A stretch of 64,000 bases of DNA from Octopus sinensis (GCF_006345805.1 NC_043020.1:3100001-3164000), one strand, 5' to 3'. Numbered from the stretch's first letter, positions 50,568 through 64,000 are shown. A program made the numbers and translations. The notes: a model not told the origin generated them from the sequence alone.

Positions 50568-50860
50568 GTACAGGGGTTGGACAAAATAATGGAAACACCT
50601 AGCATCATAGCATCGCAATTTTGAAATATCTATAAAACTTGTATATTGTGTGTTATAAGAGTTTATGGAAAGGTATCCCATAGAGACTCAACAAGTATGT
50701 TAAAAAACGGAGAAGAGAAGATGTTAAAATTTAAAGGAATTTTAAAGAATTTTAAAATTCCTTTAAATTTTAACATTTTCTTTCTCCGGTTTTTTAACAT
50801 ACTTGTTGAGTCTCTATGGGACACCTTTCTATAAACTCTCATAACACAATATATACAAGT
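50568..50860. mobile_element. Tc1-type left terminus followed by a 224-bp palindrome
   Basis: TA|caggggttggacaaaataatggaaacacc is a Tc1-like TIR start. 50637-50746 pairs with 50751-50860 (4-nt spacer). No right TIR found. Confidence 0.7.
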
Positions 50861-51949
50861 AATAGTTTCATATTTGCATAAATCTTCCGCCAGTAAGCTA
50901 CCAGCAAAATATGAAGAATCTTTGTTAGAAATTGCCCTTTGGAACCCTCCAAAGTAAAGGATGAAATATAATTCAACCTCTTCACATCTACACACACCAC
51001 ACACACATGGGCACACGCGTGCATGCATGTGTGTGTGTGTGTGTGTTTATATATTCTACAGAGATGGACATGAAAAAATATTGTAATTTTATTTCATGGT
51101 ACAGGAAAGTATAGATTCAATAAAAAACATTTGATTAAATGCAATAAAAATGGGGTTTTATTGATATTCGAGTAATTGTTTAATCAGGCTTCTTTCGTGT
51201 CCTCATTTCACACATCATGGAACACAAAGTTGCAAATTTCATAAAAAAGCATAGTTAGAGATTAACTTTAATACATTCACATAGTAACTCCAGCTATCTT
51301 TCTTGTTGTTTAAGCCCCCCCTCCACCCTCATCTTAATCCTGATGAAATGGATCTTTGATCAAATGGTTCTTCTTGTGTTATAATCATCACCACCACCAT
51401 CATATATATATATACATACATATAGAAGAAGAAGAACATTTATAACTATGAACAAGTCACAATTATAACTAAGAGGGTTTCAAAATGCTTACATGTTAAA
51501 AACAGCAGCCAAAAATGGCTATGAAGCCATTTTATCACTCATATTATTTCTCTTCACAATAAAAACTGTCTGCGGGCAACATGACAAATAGAATCCACAA
51601 CTTAAAAATAACTAGTTAATTCCCTATTGAAATTTTGAGCTAGGGACATCTTAAAGGACCCATTTGTCTCATCAGGGGAAATATTCCTATAGATAGAAAT
51701 CAAAACAGGTCTTTACCTTGGGGCTAACATGTATCCCAACCGGCAAGAGAAATGTCTCAACCTCTCTCTACACATTCACGTTTTGAATTCAAATGCCATG
51801 CACAGCATTTATGAGAGCCATGGCAAAAATCACTGGATATGAATTGGGAAAAATTAAATACATGTAGTCAACACGTTGAGTAATATCGAACCCTCATTGG
51901 ATGGAGTACTCTTCGTAATGACTTTTATGCAGTTAATTTCTTATATCTA

Positions 51950-52020
<71 letters not shown>

Positions 52021-52599
52021 TCACCACCACCACGTCCACTGCCACCACTACCACCATCACCATCATCATCATCATCATCATCAATATTTCAGTATTCACT
52101 TCTCTATGCTTGCATGGCTCAGAAAGGATTTATTGAGATAGATTTTCTATGGCCAGATCAACTGTTTGTAAACTACAAAATATTAAGATAATTTAAACAT
52201 ATATCTCATGGGATCTTAAATTTGCATACTGTTTTTTTTAATATTTTCAAATTGCAGTGAGGATAACAGAACATTAAATTTAGTCATTTATCAGTGTCCG
52301 CAAACATAGTTGTATATCTCTCAATTGTAGATGGGGTCACACAGTTACACGGCTTTAAAAAACCCCATTTATATAACATACTATACACAAGTCAATGACA
52401 GAATTACTTTCCCAGAGTTTCTCCAACCTAAGGTCTGCCAAAAATTGGTGGGTGCTAAAACTCATTCCAGTGGGTGCTAGGAATCGGTAAGAAACAAATT
52501 CAAATTAAATTTCATTTCTTCATGAATACCAGTGTGGAAAATTTAAGGAGAGGTCATATCTGAGTCAACTTGTTATTGTAGTGAGTGCTGGGCAAACTA

Positions 52600-52940
52600 A
52601 AAGTTGTGGAACACTGCTTGATGTAGGTGCTAAACCTGAGGGATATAGTAATAACAGCGTCGGCTGCGGGGGTCATTCCGAAAAGCTCTATCTGTGACGA
52701 TTTTATCTCAATCGAAGGAGAGGGGCTTTCTCCGTCCGGGTTGCAGATCCGTGGAATAAGCTGCCAGACAAGATGGTGAGGATGCCGACGACTGCTCGGT
52801 TCAAAGTCTCCCTTGACCTCAAGTGGCCTGAACTCCTTACATGAACACCACCCTGTACATAACTCCATGTTCCCCTACATGGCCCTGCTTTTTGCTTTTT
52901 GAGCCAAAAAATTAACTAACTAACTAACTAACTAACTAAT
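52600..52940 (+). mobile_element. CR1-type LINE 3' end
   Basis: GHSEKLYL*RFYLNRRRGAFSVRVADPWNKLPDKMV..FKVSLD matches the CR1 ORF2 end; 3'UTR hairpin ccatgt..acatgg and (AACT)n tail. Confidence 0.85.
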
Positions 52941-53289
52941 AAGATTTCATCTCAGATCACTACAGCTATTCCAAACATGTTTTTGTTTATTAATGAACAA
53001 ACCAATTACATCATGTAAAAAAACCCCAGTTTTTTTTTAGGTGAATTAAAAAATAAACCTTAACATTTAAAATTTTTCACCCAAATAGTATAGGAAACAT
53101 ATTGACTCCCTCATCTTGGTGCCAGTTGAGGGAGTAAGTTGGGGAATGATGTTAAATATACATGGCAATAAACCTGTCAACATCTCTAGAGCATGGATAA
53201 AGAGGGAAAAAAAGAAAAAGAAGCTCACATCCCAGTTAAAGGGTTTTTTTGGGAGGCCTGGGGAGTGGAACCGATTCCAGATAAAGAGA

Positions 53290-54115
53290 GACAGGGTGGC
53301 TAATTAATTATCAATATGCCATTAAAGAAGGCAAGAGAAAAAAGGAAGATAAATAATAAAAAATAAAAGTGACATAGGATCATCATTATAAGGGAATGGT
53401 AAAAAAACAGAAAATTCAGTTCAATGGAATGGAAATTAAGAAAACAAAATTAATGGTAACCAATAACAAATGATACATATTAAGAATAAATGTTACAATT
53501 GAAAAGGAAAAGCCAATTGAAACAAGACTGAGAAAATAAACCTGGGATATGTACAGCAATCAGAAAACTGGAAATATGTAGCAGATATAAAAAAAAAAGT
53601 GCCATTTGAGAGAGGAAGAAGAAGTCATTTGAAAAAAAGAAAAATCAAACATTCTAACATCAAGAAACATTAATATCAATGGCAGAAGATTATTGAAATG
53701 CTATGTTTAGTCCACTCTACTCTGTGGAGCTGAAACATGGACATTAACAAAAATATTATGAAATAAACTAGAAGACTTTGAATGGTAGGTATATAGAGGA
53801 CTTCTGAGAATATTATGGACAAAACCAATGATGGAATAGCAAAAATAGCAAAAACTAAGAAAATTTTATTAGACACGATCAAAGAGAAAAGTAAAACATT
53901 TTGGACACTTAATTAGAAAAAAGTGGTTTACAGAGAATATTATTCAAAAGCGAAATGGGAATAAATAGGAAGAGAGGCAGAGGAAAACCCAAAATTATGC
54001 TAGATTTATATTAACAAGAATTGGGTAGCCATAAAGTTATAATGAATGTGATAAAAAAAAAAAACTGAAATGGTAATCAATGGTATTCAACATAATGAAT
54101 GCAGATGATAACTAA
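53290..54115 (+). mobile_element. Decayed RTE-clade LINE (second family) ORF2 C-terminal region
   Basis: GMEIKKTKLMV, LLKCYV*STLLCGAETWTLTK..KLEDFE..RGLLRILWT and RKRGRGKP motifs in broken frames. Confidence 0.7.
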
Positions 54116-54134
54116 GGGTGTTGATGATATACAT

Positions 54135-54193
<59 letters not shown>

Positions 54194-54238
54194 TACATAT
54201 ATGCATTATATATATATATATGTGTGTGTGCGTGTGTA

Positions 54239-54269
<31 letters not shown>

Positions 54270-54309
54270 TTATTTATGATATATATATATTGGGTCATAC
54301 TATAAATAA

Positions 54310-54530
54310 TGTAGTTTTTTTAATACTTCTTTTATTTTTCAAAATTAAGATAAATTTCTTTTTTAATTTTAGATATACTCTCCTTTATTTTCTGCAATGC
54401 TCTTCCATCTTCTGGTAGACTTGCAAGGCTCCTCTTCCAAAATTCACTTGTCCATGACGAAAAATACTCTTCCACTACTGTTCTGACTTTGTCTACAAAT
54501 TTCATTATTTTACCATCCAAATGATTTTGA
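54310..54530 (-). mobile_element. Mariner transposase C-terminal remnant
   Basis: VEEYFSSWTSEFWKRSLASLP, then a frameshift to WKSIAENKGEYI*; matches the mariner end (LPERW..V...GEY). Confidence 0.65.
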
Positions 54531-55052
54531 AGACTGTGGAATAAATGATAATCTCACATCTGCAGATAAATTCAGTTTCAGATCATGAACATAACCTCTC
54601 CAGATGAAGAACTTTTGAATCTGATTAGATAAACAATATCAAAATAGCATTTCAGCAATATTTAAAACTCTTCCTATGAGATGACAAAGGACTGAGATAT
54701 GTCGCACATTGCTGTACTCAAGACCCATTCACCACAACAGAATTGAGATCCTAAAACCAAAACACCACATAAAAAGCATTGGTGTGGGTACTGGTGTCCC
54801 ATAAAAAGCATTAGTGCTGCTACCATGTACAAAGCACTGATGATGGTGCCATGTAAAAAGCACCTAGTACATTCTGTAAAGTGGTCAGCATTAGGAAGGT
54901 TTTCCAGCTGCGGAAAACAAGCCAAAACAGTGTATGGAACCTTGGCCTTGCCAGTTCCTGTCAAGCAATTCACACAATGTTGATGATGATTGATGATTCC
55001 TAAACTGTTTTCACATTATTCATGGTACAATTTAATCACCTAATATAGATGT

Positions 55053-55272
55053 CCCTTTCGTTACCAACCCGGCTGAGACTGGCTCTGGCTCTGAGTACAA
55101 ATGTCTTGTTTTCAGAAGTTTTGAATTAAAATCTTCCACCAAACCTTAGTCACAATTTATGTTCCTAACACTAGCTGAATGATACCTAAGTTATTTTACT
55201 AAATTCTTTGTTATATTTAAAACAGTTAAAAGAAACAGAGAGCAGCTCAAAATAAATCCAGTAACGAAAGGG
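55053..55272. mobile_element. piggyBac-like MITE
   Basis: Perfect 12-bp TIRs ccctttcgttac / gtaacgaaaggg; TTAA flanks not preserved. Confidence 0.55.
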
Positions 55273-55583
55273 ATAGTCTTACTGACAAAACAATGGGAGT
55301 ATCCAAGAAGAAACAGACTTCATGCTCAAATAACTTTTGTACAAATGCCATCATTAAAATGCACACACAAAAAATTCCTGAAACATCTCAACATATAATG
55401 AGAAAATCATACAAATCAAGGAGCCGGCTACTCTCTCAAAGATAGATCATAGGGGCCACCTCATCATGTGTCCCCCTACATCTATCATTCTTAAGGTCCT
55501 TACGCTCAATTTTGTTTCTAACATTGATAATCAATCATTCTAAGAGCGAGATAGACATTGTAGTAAATATTTTCTCAATACCA

Positions 55584-55882
55584 TTAACCTTTAAATATAA
55601 ATATAATGAAATTATTGTATACAGTGCTCAGGTGTACCACAACTTGTCAAAAAGTGCATATAAAGTATAAAGTATATGCATTCACATTATTCTGTCAAAA
55701 GTTAAGATTATTTATTCACAGTTTTTATCTTTTTATCTTTATCTTGCAGCTTTGAAATTTTGATGAGGTAACTGTTAATTTTTTGAATGATATTGTAGGG
55801 CTGCTGTGTGAAGCCAGATTTGGCCAGTTTGAACATAAAACAGGTGGAATACTTATGGCTGGTTTAAATGCCAAAGGGTTAA
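55584..55882. mobile_element. piggyBac-like MITE
   Basis: TTAA at both ends (ttaaccttt / aaagggttaa); internal similarity to 36434-36647. Confidence 0.6.
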
Positions 55883-57335
55883 ATCTGATTTCAGATGGCT
55901 ATAGTGTTGATTCAAACGGACTACAGTGCTACTGTAATCAACAAGTTTCACAGAACATCAACCCCAGTACTGAACTGGTATTTATTTCATCAGCCCCAAA
56001 AGGATGAAAGGTAAAGTCCACCTCGACAGAATTTGAACTTAGAAATTCTGCCAGCTTGCTGCCTTTTTCTACCCTTCAATATTGAATTCACTTCTTCTGA
56101 AAGCCCTAGATTTGACCAACAATTTACTAGAATCAATGGTCTCAGCATCAGAATCATTCTAAATACTAGAATGTCACTCCTGTGTTGTGATTCTTACTGG
56201 ACAAAAAAGAAGGCAGCCCAATGTTTGATGGTTCTGTTTGGCGCTACAATTGGATTGATGTTGCTGGTTTCATCAGGTTCTTTAACCTAGATACCTTAAA
56301 AAACATACCCATTCCCACAGTTCAGCCTTGCACAGGGTCAATAGCTGGGCAATCTCAAGCCACAAGAATGGCTATATCAGGATGAATTTTATAAATATAT
56401 TCAAAGAATTTAGCCTTACTATAACATCCTGAGCTGACTTCCTAAGTCTTGCACTAAACCACAAAACAAGCAACCATTCTTTCTACAGAAAACCCTTTGA
56501 GAAAACTGTTTATATCCACAGAAATTCAAATCACCCTTCATATATACATATGTACACAAACACAAATACACAAACATACACTAATATATATATATATCTA
56601 CATATACATATATTTATATACACACATACATAGTAATATATATGCATATGTATTTATACACATGTATATAAATATATATGTATATATCTGATTGAATCTT
56701 TGCGTCAACAAGTACCTCCTTGCGACAATGTAGCCTTTAATCTAATCAAGATATCCTTGGCCTGAAGACTAGCCGGCAATAAACATCTAACTTAGATTTT
56801 ACCACTTCTGAGGTTCTAGTCACTATGAAATATATGTAGTCCAGATTTCCCATATTTCATTCTGTAATTTTTTTTGCACACTCCACAACCCTGGTTGCCT
56901 ACTGAGGAATATAAAAAGAACTTATTTCAGCTCTTCGATAAAAGTTAGAAAATCCACAATCTTCCATCTCAATAAACCACTACTGTCTTGAAAGTTGTTT
57001 TATATTCACCACGGATTGCTCGAAGCTAACTTTCTTCCTACACCTCAATCTCTGGATCTTATATATATACATATATATCATCATCATCGTTTAACGTCTG
57101 TTTTCCGTGCTAGCATGGGTTGGACGGTTCGACCGGGGTCTGGGAAGCCAGAAGGCTGCACCAGGCTCCAGTCTGATCTGGCAGTGTTTCTACAGCTGGA
57201 TGCCCTTCCTAACGCCAACCACTCTGTGAATGTAGTGGGTGCTTTTTACGTGCCACCGGCACAGATGCCAGGGGAGGCTGGCAGCGGCCACGATCGGTTG
57301 GTGCTTTTTACGTGCGACAGGCACAGAAGCCAGTC

Positions 57336-57406
<71 letters not shown>

Positions 57407-57615
57407 GTATTTATGTGTCTGTTTGTCCCCCACCCATCATTGCTTGACACTGATGTTGGTGTGTTTACACCAACAAAAGAGACCCGTAGAATAAGTACTA
57501 GGCTTACAAAGAATAAGTGCTGGGGTTGATTTGTTCGACTTAAGGCAGTGCTCCAGCATGGCCACATTCAAAGGACTGAAACAAGTAAAAGAATAATATA
57601 TATATATATATATAT

Positions 57616-57647
<32 letters not shown>

Positions 57648-57748
57648 ATATATATCACACACACATATATATATATATGTGTGTGTGTGTGTAATATATA
57701 TTTATATATAATATACGCACACACACATATGCACACACATTCAGACAC

Positions 57749-57781
<33 letters not shown>

Positions 57782-57879
57782 TGTATGTGTGTGTATGTAT
57801 GCATGTATGTATGTATAGATATACATACATGTGTATATACACACATACATGCACTAGTTTTTTTTCCCTCTCCCAATAA

Positions 57880-58417
57880 CTAAACGCGTGGTGAAACGAC
57901 TCTCTTTAAGATGTCACCATTGTCGACGCGAGTCCCTGAAATATTCCTTTATACATTTCTGAAATTATTTTCTGTTAGCAATTTTCTGGCGCCTTCGCGC
58001 AGCCGTAGTTTTCGATGTGTCATCGTAGAAGTACCGTCAGCAGCAGTAGTTAGAAAGTGTTTTTAGTAGTGGAAGCTTCAGCGGCCGACTGAGACAGAAC
58101 TGCCAGCGAGAATCAGGATGGATACCGGATAAAAGGACTCCAAGACTACTCGTTTTTTCGCAGAATCGGCACCATTGGACTTAAAACCTTCGATACAAAG
58201 GAAGAAACTGGATTATCTTTTATTTTTTCCTGTTCGTCAATTTTTGGAATTTTTGGTAAACTGGAAGAATTAAAAGTTGCTCGAAAGATCTGATGTGCTG
58301 AAAAAGAAAACTACAAAAAAAAAAAAGAGAAAAAAAGAGAAAAAGAAAAATAATTAACCTTCCCCGAGAAAGAAACAAGCTGAAGCCAGGCACAGGATTA
58401 TACATACATACATACAT

Positions 58418-58453
<36 letters not shown>

Positions 58454-59417
58454 TCTTAGAGAAAGAGAATTAACAAAAAACAGGAGATACCCGAAGAATT
58501 TTGTTTCTCTATTTCTCTAGCATCGTCCTCATATTGTGATATTGTGTATGTCTATATCTATATATATATATACATATATACACGCACGCACACACATACA
58601 TTCATACATACACACATGCATACTCACACACACGCACTTAAGTATTGATGCTGTGATGCTGCTACTATGACTAACAGTTAACTTTTAAACGGCAATCGTC
58701 ATTCACATGTATACATATACACAGTCACACGTGATACTCGCTCATAAACTTATCTCTATGTGTTTATACAGAGATCTAGCTTGATATATACATATATATA
58801 TATATATATGTATGTATATATGGTGAATATGTCGCCAAGAATGTGTGCAAGAAAGTTGGTGGCGCACTTGGTCGGATGCTACAGCCGCTGATAAAGGAAC
58901 GGCTTCGTCGGGGGGTGAAAACGAAGCACCGACCCTGATAGAGTTGTTTCGGGGGGAGGGGAAGTTTCAGTTAGAATTTTGGTGACTTCGCAGAAATTAT
59001 ATCACGATGTGTGTGTAGAAAGTTGTGATGATGATGATGATGAAGTGTTAGGAGAATTTTCGTTCCACGATCTCGTCGAAGACGAGTGGAAGAGTGAATG
59101 AAAGAGTAGGAATAAAGGGGGGGAAATATATCGCTGAAAGAAAAGAGTAAGAAAACATATTTCTTTATTACCCACAAGGGGCTAAACATAGAGGGGACAC
59201 GAACAACATTTAACAATTGTAATACATTTCACTGGGAACGAAACGAAAGATATAAGGGGGAAAAGGGTTTTCTTTTTGTCCCCTTCGTCAGGATCGGAAG
59301 TAAGTTGCAATAAATAATTGGTTAGTGAAAGAGTTACTCAGCTTGCTTGTGTCTGCACAGATAGTTTTGTATTACAATTTCTTGTAGAGTTCGTTGTTTG
59401 TCGCCTGCTTCAGTACC
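57880..59417 (+). promoter_or_regulatory. CpG-retaining region upstream of the ERC exon: probable promoter, 5'UTR exon(s) and intron
   Basis: CpG dinucleotides are visibly more frequent at 57880-58200 and 58830-59340 than in the surroundings. Candidate acceptors lie at 59360, 59387 and 59413. The transcription start cannot be placed. Confidence 0.45.
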
Positions 59418-60407
59418 ATGTATTCTTCGAATGTATCTCGGTCAACAGGGAGGTTGGACTCCATGACCAACTCCCTCCCTAATTCTCGCAGTGGTCACCA
59501 CTATTCTTCGTTATCGTCTCCATCCAAGTCTTCTAATGGCTCAATGATTGAGCATCGCAAACACAGCGGAGGGACCAGCGGTACCTCATCTGTCTCGTCC
59601 AAATTATTGTCTCCGCGCCGAAGTAGGTCCAGCGGAACGGATAGTAGTAGCCAAGGTAGCCGTTCCAGCAGCCCCCTTGACATGTCCACAGACAGCATTC
59701 AGTCTGTAAATTCAGCCTACAACCTGAGCCAATCTTATGTCCTAGATGGACACACAAGTCCGATTCCTTCCCTCTATGACAGCCGTTCCAGTAGCATGAC
59801 CAGTGTAAGAAGCTATATGCGAGATCGGTCTTTAGAAAGAAATAGCGACAATGATAGAATGTCCTCTTCAGGTATTTATTCAGATGGTCGATCACAATCA
59901 TCCGAAACCAGTAGGTATCCAACGTTGGGCACTGGCGGTCGAGATCACCGCGATTTGGCCCCCACCAGCTCTGGTAGTGTCCGAGAACGCCGCCCTAGTT
60001 ACCAACTCTCCTCTTCGTCATCTCGTGATCGTTCTTTAGACAGAGAGTATCCTCATATGGGAGCTAGATCCTTGGAAAGGGACTATGCTTTCCATCACAA
60101 CCGCAATCGAAGTTTTGATTTGGCCGAGGTACTTTCTTCCAGTTTCACTTCGCAGTCCGTCATGGATGTCCGACTCAAGGACCAGATTATTTTGGATTTG
60201 CAAAACCAGATAGCCGAATTAAACAGAGACTGTTTACAGTATCAAAGGGATGCAGAAAATTCAAATGAAAAATTAAACTCTTGCATGAACAGTATTAAAA
60301 CTTTTTGGAGTCCCGAATTGAAAAAGGAAAGGGCTCAGCGAAAGGAAGAGGTTTCTAAATACCTTAACTTAAACGAGCAACTGAAAATTACCCAGGCTGA
60401 ATTTAAG
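59418..60407 (+). CDS. ERC1: First large coding exon of an ERC/ELKS/CAST/Bruchpilot-family presynaptic active-zone protein (330 codons; gene continues beyond the window)
   Basis: A Ser/Arg-rich N-terminus leads into a coiled coil containing KLNSCMNSIKTFWSPELKKERAQRKEE, the ERC/CAST signature (IKTFWSPELKKER). ATG is in accATG context with an in-frame TAG at 59385-59387. The exon ends at a phase-0 donor AAG|GTAAGA (60407/60408). ERC1 versus ERC2 is not resolvable in an invertebrate, and the N-terminus could extend from an upstream exon. Confidence 0.92.
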
Positions 60408-61808
60408 GTAAGATTCTCTTTGGTTATTTACTACTTATGAATTATTTTAATCATTTGCGGAAGCACAGCAGATCTCTCTCTAGATATACCTTTTAAAAAG
60501 CAAATGTCACAAAAATGAGGGTTCCACCTTCATATGTACTCTCATAAAAATTCAGTCGATTTAAATTATTCTTATAAATCACTATTGTTCAGAAAAAAAA
60601 AAAAAATCGAAATATATCGATTCTTCTCAGCCATACCTCCTTCACTCAACCATTTCTTAGATACCGGCGACAGCTCTCCACACGTCGTCATGTGCTTTCG
60701 TTTATACCCAGAGTGCACTCATACCCTGCTACAACCCATCATAAACAAATACATGTACACATAATTATGACAGGAAGGGTTTCTTGTCTAGACACAAAAC
60801 CATTTCTCAGCTACAGGATGGATGCATTCTTTTTAAACCATCCTAGCATTTTACTGGTATTTATTTTACCACCCTGTTGGAGATTGATGAAAATAACACG
60901 ATTTCTGTCGGGATTTCTATGATAACAAACACCTAATGGTTTCTTATAAAGGTTTTGACCCCTGTTGTAGTTCATTGGCGGGTAAGGAATTTCTGAGTTG
61001 CGGTGCGTATATTTTCAAAAAAAAAAAAAAAATATTAACAAAGTATGAAGTAAACAACAGTTTGTCTCAATTGCAAAACCTTATTCTTGATAAGGAGTGG
61101 GTTTGAGGACGGTCAATTATCCCATTACCCTCTCTTGCTGACACTTAATGGCGAACCAACGAGGAAGACTCTATAAAACCATTCGACTGGTTAGAAATGA
61201 CAGTCAAATTTTTCTCAAATTCAATTCTGCAGCTTTAGATAAGCAAGGCCAAGTTAAGCAACATGGTCAATGATGTACGAAAGAGTGGAATGGTCTTTGG
61301 ACACTAGCCTCGTCGACCAGGTTTGACCTGGGGTTACACACAAAAACTCCAACTGGCATTTAATAGTAACTACATCAGTAATGATACCATAACTAATTAA
61401 TAACAATAGTTATTAATAACAATTAAAATAGATGAAATTTTGATTTAGTAGAGGGGTAACCGTTGGAGTGAATTTATTTATTGTTGCTTATTTTGTCAAC
61501 ACCAGATGAAGTTCAAGAAAAATGTGCATACTCGGAGTGGATTTGAACCATGCACAGTGAAGTAATGAAGTTAGATTTAATACAGCACCCAACTCAGTAT
61601 AACGTGGTTTTTCCCTTCCGGACAATGCATATGTCTGTAGGAAGTGTGTGAGACAACGTCATGGAAAAACGATTAACAGAAAAGGAGAATTAGAGAAGGA
61701 ACACCTCTCGTCAGCTATGGACACCAGAATCAGAATGATTTCGGCACACATAAGTCCAGGACTTTAATCCCATTGGATCGGTTTATGTATATCTATATAG
61801 GTATGTAC

Positions 61809-61854
<46 letters not shown>

Positions 61855-62037
61855 ATGTATGTATGTATATGTATGTATGTATGTATGTATATGTATGTAT
61901 ACATATGTATATATATGTATATATGTATGTATATATATATATATGTATGTATGTATGTATATATATATGTATGTGTATATATATATGTATGTGTATGTAT
62001 ATATATATGTATGTGTATGTATATATATATGTATGTG

Positions 62038-62068
<31 letters not shown>

Positions 62069-62146
62069 GTATGTATATATATATATATGTATGTATGTAT
62101 ATATATATATATATATGATATATATATATATATGTATGTGTATGTA

Positions 62147-62181
<35 letters not shown>

Positions 62182-62583
62182 GTATATATATATAGGAGTG
62201 GCTGTGTGGTAAGTAGCTTGCTTACCAATCACATGGTTCCAGGTTCAGTCTCACCGCGTGGCACCTTGGGCAACCAAAGCCTTGTGAGAGTGGATTTGGT
62301 AGACGGAAACTGGAAGAAGCCCGTTGTATATATGTATATGTGTGTGTATGTTTGTCCCCCTAACATTGCTTGACAACCCATGCTGGTGTGTTTACATCCC
62401 CATAACTCAGTGGTTTGGCACAAGAGACCAATAGAATAAAAACTAGGCTTACAAAGAATAAGTCCTGGTGTCGATTTGCTCAACTAAAGGTGGTGCTCCA
62501 GCATGGCCACAGTCAAATGACTGAAACAAGTAAAAGAGTATATATATATATATAATCAAAATAAGCAACAAGAATGACTCCGG

Positions 62584-62673
62584 TAATTTGGTACGATCGT
62601 TTCATACTACATCATTTTATTAAATGTAAGTATTACAACAGATTTAAGATGGTGAGTACTCATCAGCCAATTA
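62584..62673 (-). ncRNA. Type I hammerhead ribozyme with extended stem II
   Basis: Minus strand reads UAAUUGG CUGAUGA GUACU...(~46 nt)...AGUAU GAAA C gauc G UA^ CCAAAUUA: consensus core, palindromic ACGAUCGU stem III, GUA triplet, 7-bp stem I with one bulge. Confidence 0.75.
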
Positions 62674-62691
62674 TAGAGGTTTTCCATTAAT

Positions 62692-62734
<43 letters not shown>

Positions 62735-62996
62735 TATATGTGTATGTGTGTGTGTGTGTCTGTGCATATATATGCATATTTATAAATATGCATATATATA
62801 TATGCATATTTATATATGTGTATATACGCATATATATATATATGTATATATGCACATATATATATGTGTATATATGCATATATGTATATATGCATATATG
62901 TATGTAAATATGCATATATATATATGTGTATATATGCATATATATATTTGTATATGTTTATGTATATATATATATATGTATGTTTCTATATATATA

Positions 62997-63042
<46 letters not shown>

Positions 63043-63436
63043 CATCATCATCTTCATCGTTTATTATCTGTTTTCCATGCTGGCATGGGTTGGATGGTTA
63101 GACTGGGGTCTGGGAAGCCAGGAAGCTACACCAGACTCCAGTCTGATCTGGCATTGCTTCTACAGCCGGATGCTCTTTTTAATGCCAACCACTCCAAGAG
63201 TGTAGTGGGTGCTTTTTATGTGCCACCGACACTGGGCCAGATGGGGCTGGCATCAATCACGATCAGATGCTGCTTTTTACATGTCACCGGCATTGGAGCC
63301 AGTCAAGGTTGCACTGGCATTGGCCACATTTGGATGGTGCTTGTTTATGTGCCACCAGCACAGGAGCCAGTTTGGGCGAGCAGGCGAGCATCAACCACGT
63401 TCGGATGGTGGTTTTTATCTGCCATATATATGTATT

Positions 63437-63488
<52 letters not shown>

Positions 63489-64000
63489 TATATATTATAT
63501 ATATATATATGTGTCCTATTTAGGTATAATACATGTATGTGTATATATACATATATGTATATATATATATACAGACACATACATATAGAATAATCGAAAT
63601 AAATTTCGTGACCCTTGAACCCCAGGGCGACTATATAGATTATCTACTCTTCCCCGGCATTGAGCACTTTTTTCTGTGTATTACCTCTCATGCGTGCTCT
63701 GTTTGTTTTTGTCTGAATAATAATAGCCATTCTATCGGGTACAATTGCTTATTCAGATAAAAGAGATCACTGATTCATCTCTTCCTGCCTTGAACGATTG
63801 CACGTAACGAGAAAGTCAGATAAACGTGAGCTTCTGATTAAATAAATACATATAACCCATTCTATGGAGTTAATAAGGGAGTCTATCACGGTCACTCGAT
63901 CTGTAGAAGTAACAGCTCAGTTCACTCCACACCCAGTCCACCTTAAAGATGGGAGGAGTATAATGGATATAATGCCTGGAAGAAAATGACAGGATGGTCA

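Noticed and set aside
51630-51685. CTGATGA followed by a gaca/tgtc stem (minus strand); similar lone CTGA(A/T)GA at ~36285 and ~56762
   Set aside because: No GAAA after the stem, so no catalytic core.
59501-60039. Antisense ORFs within the ERC exon
   Set aside because: Shadow ORFs of a real coding exon.

Overview
AT-rich, repeat-dense animal genomic DNA. The repeat families and (TA)n/(GAT)n landscape point to an octopus or other coleoid cephalopod (inference). The one securely identifiable gene is the first large coding exon of an ERC/ELKS/CAST/Bruchpilot active-zone scaffold (59418-60407, +), whose intron runs out of the window. Elsewhere there are tRNA-derived SINEs, RTE and CR1 LINE remnants, a probable CRE-clade fragment, Penelope-like element (PLE) fragments, a Gypsy pol remnant, hAT/mariner/Tc1/piggyBac-like pieces, a Helitron and several foldback elements. 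The standout is 46393-48128: a tandem-plus-inverted array of a 363-bp, hairpin-rich unit without recognisable coding capacity. Each unit carries a minimal type I hammerhead ribozyme, and four of the five have a compensatory U3-A8 core in place of C3-G8. This is the architecture of a non-LTR retrozyme or PLE terminal repeat that could yield ~363-nt circular RNAs. Four further, apparently unrelated hammerhead-type motifs lie at 14439, 37222, 43089 and 62584. All folds and alignments were done by eye; none was computed or searched.
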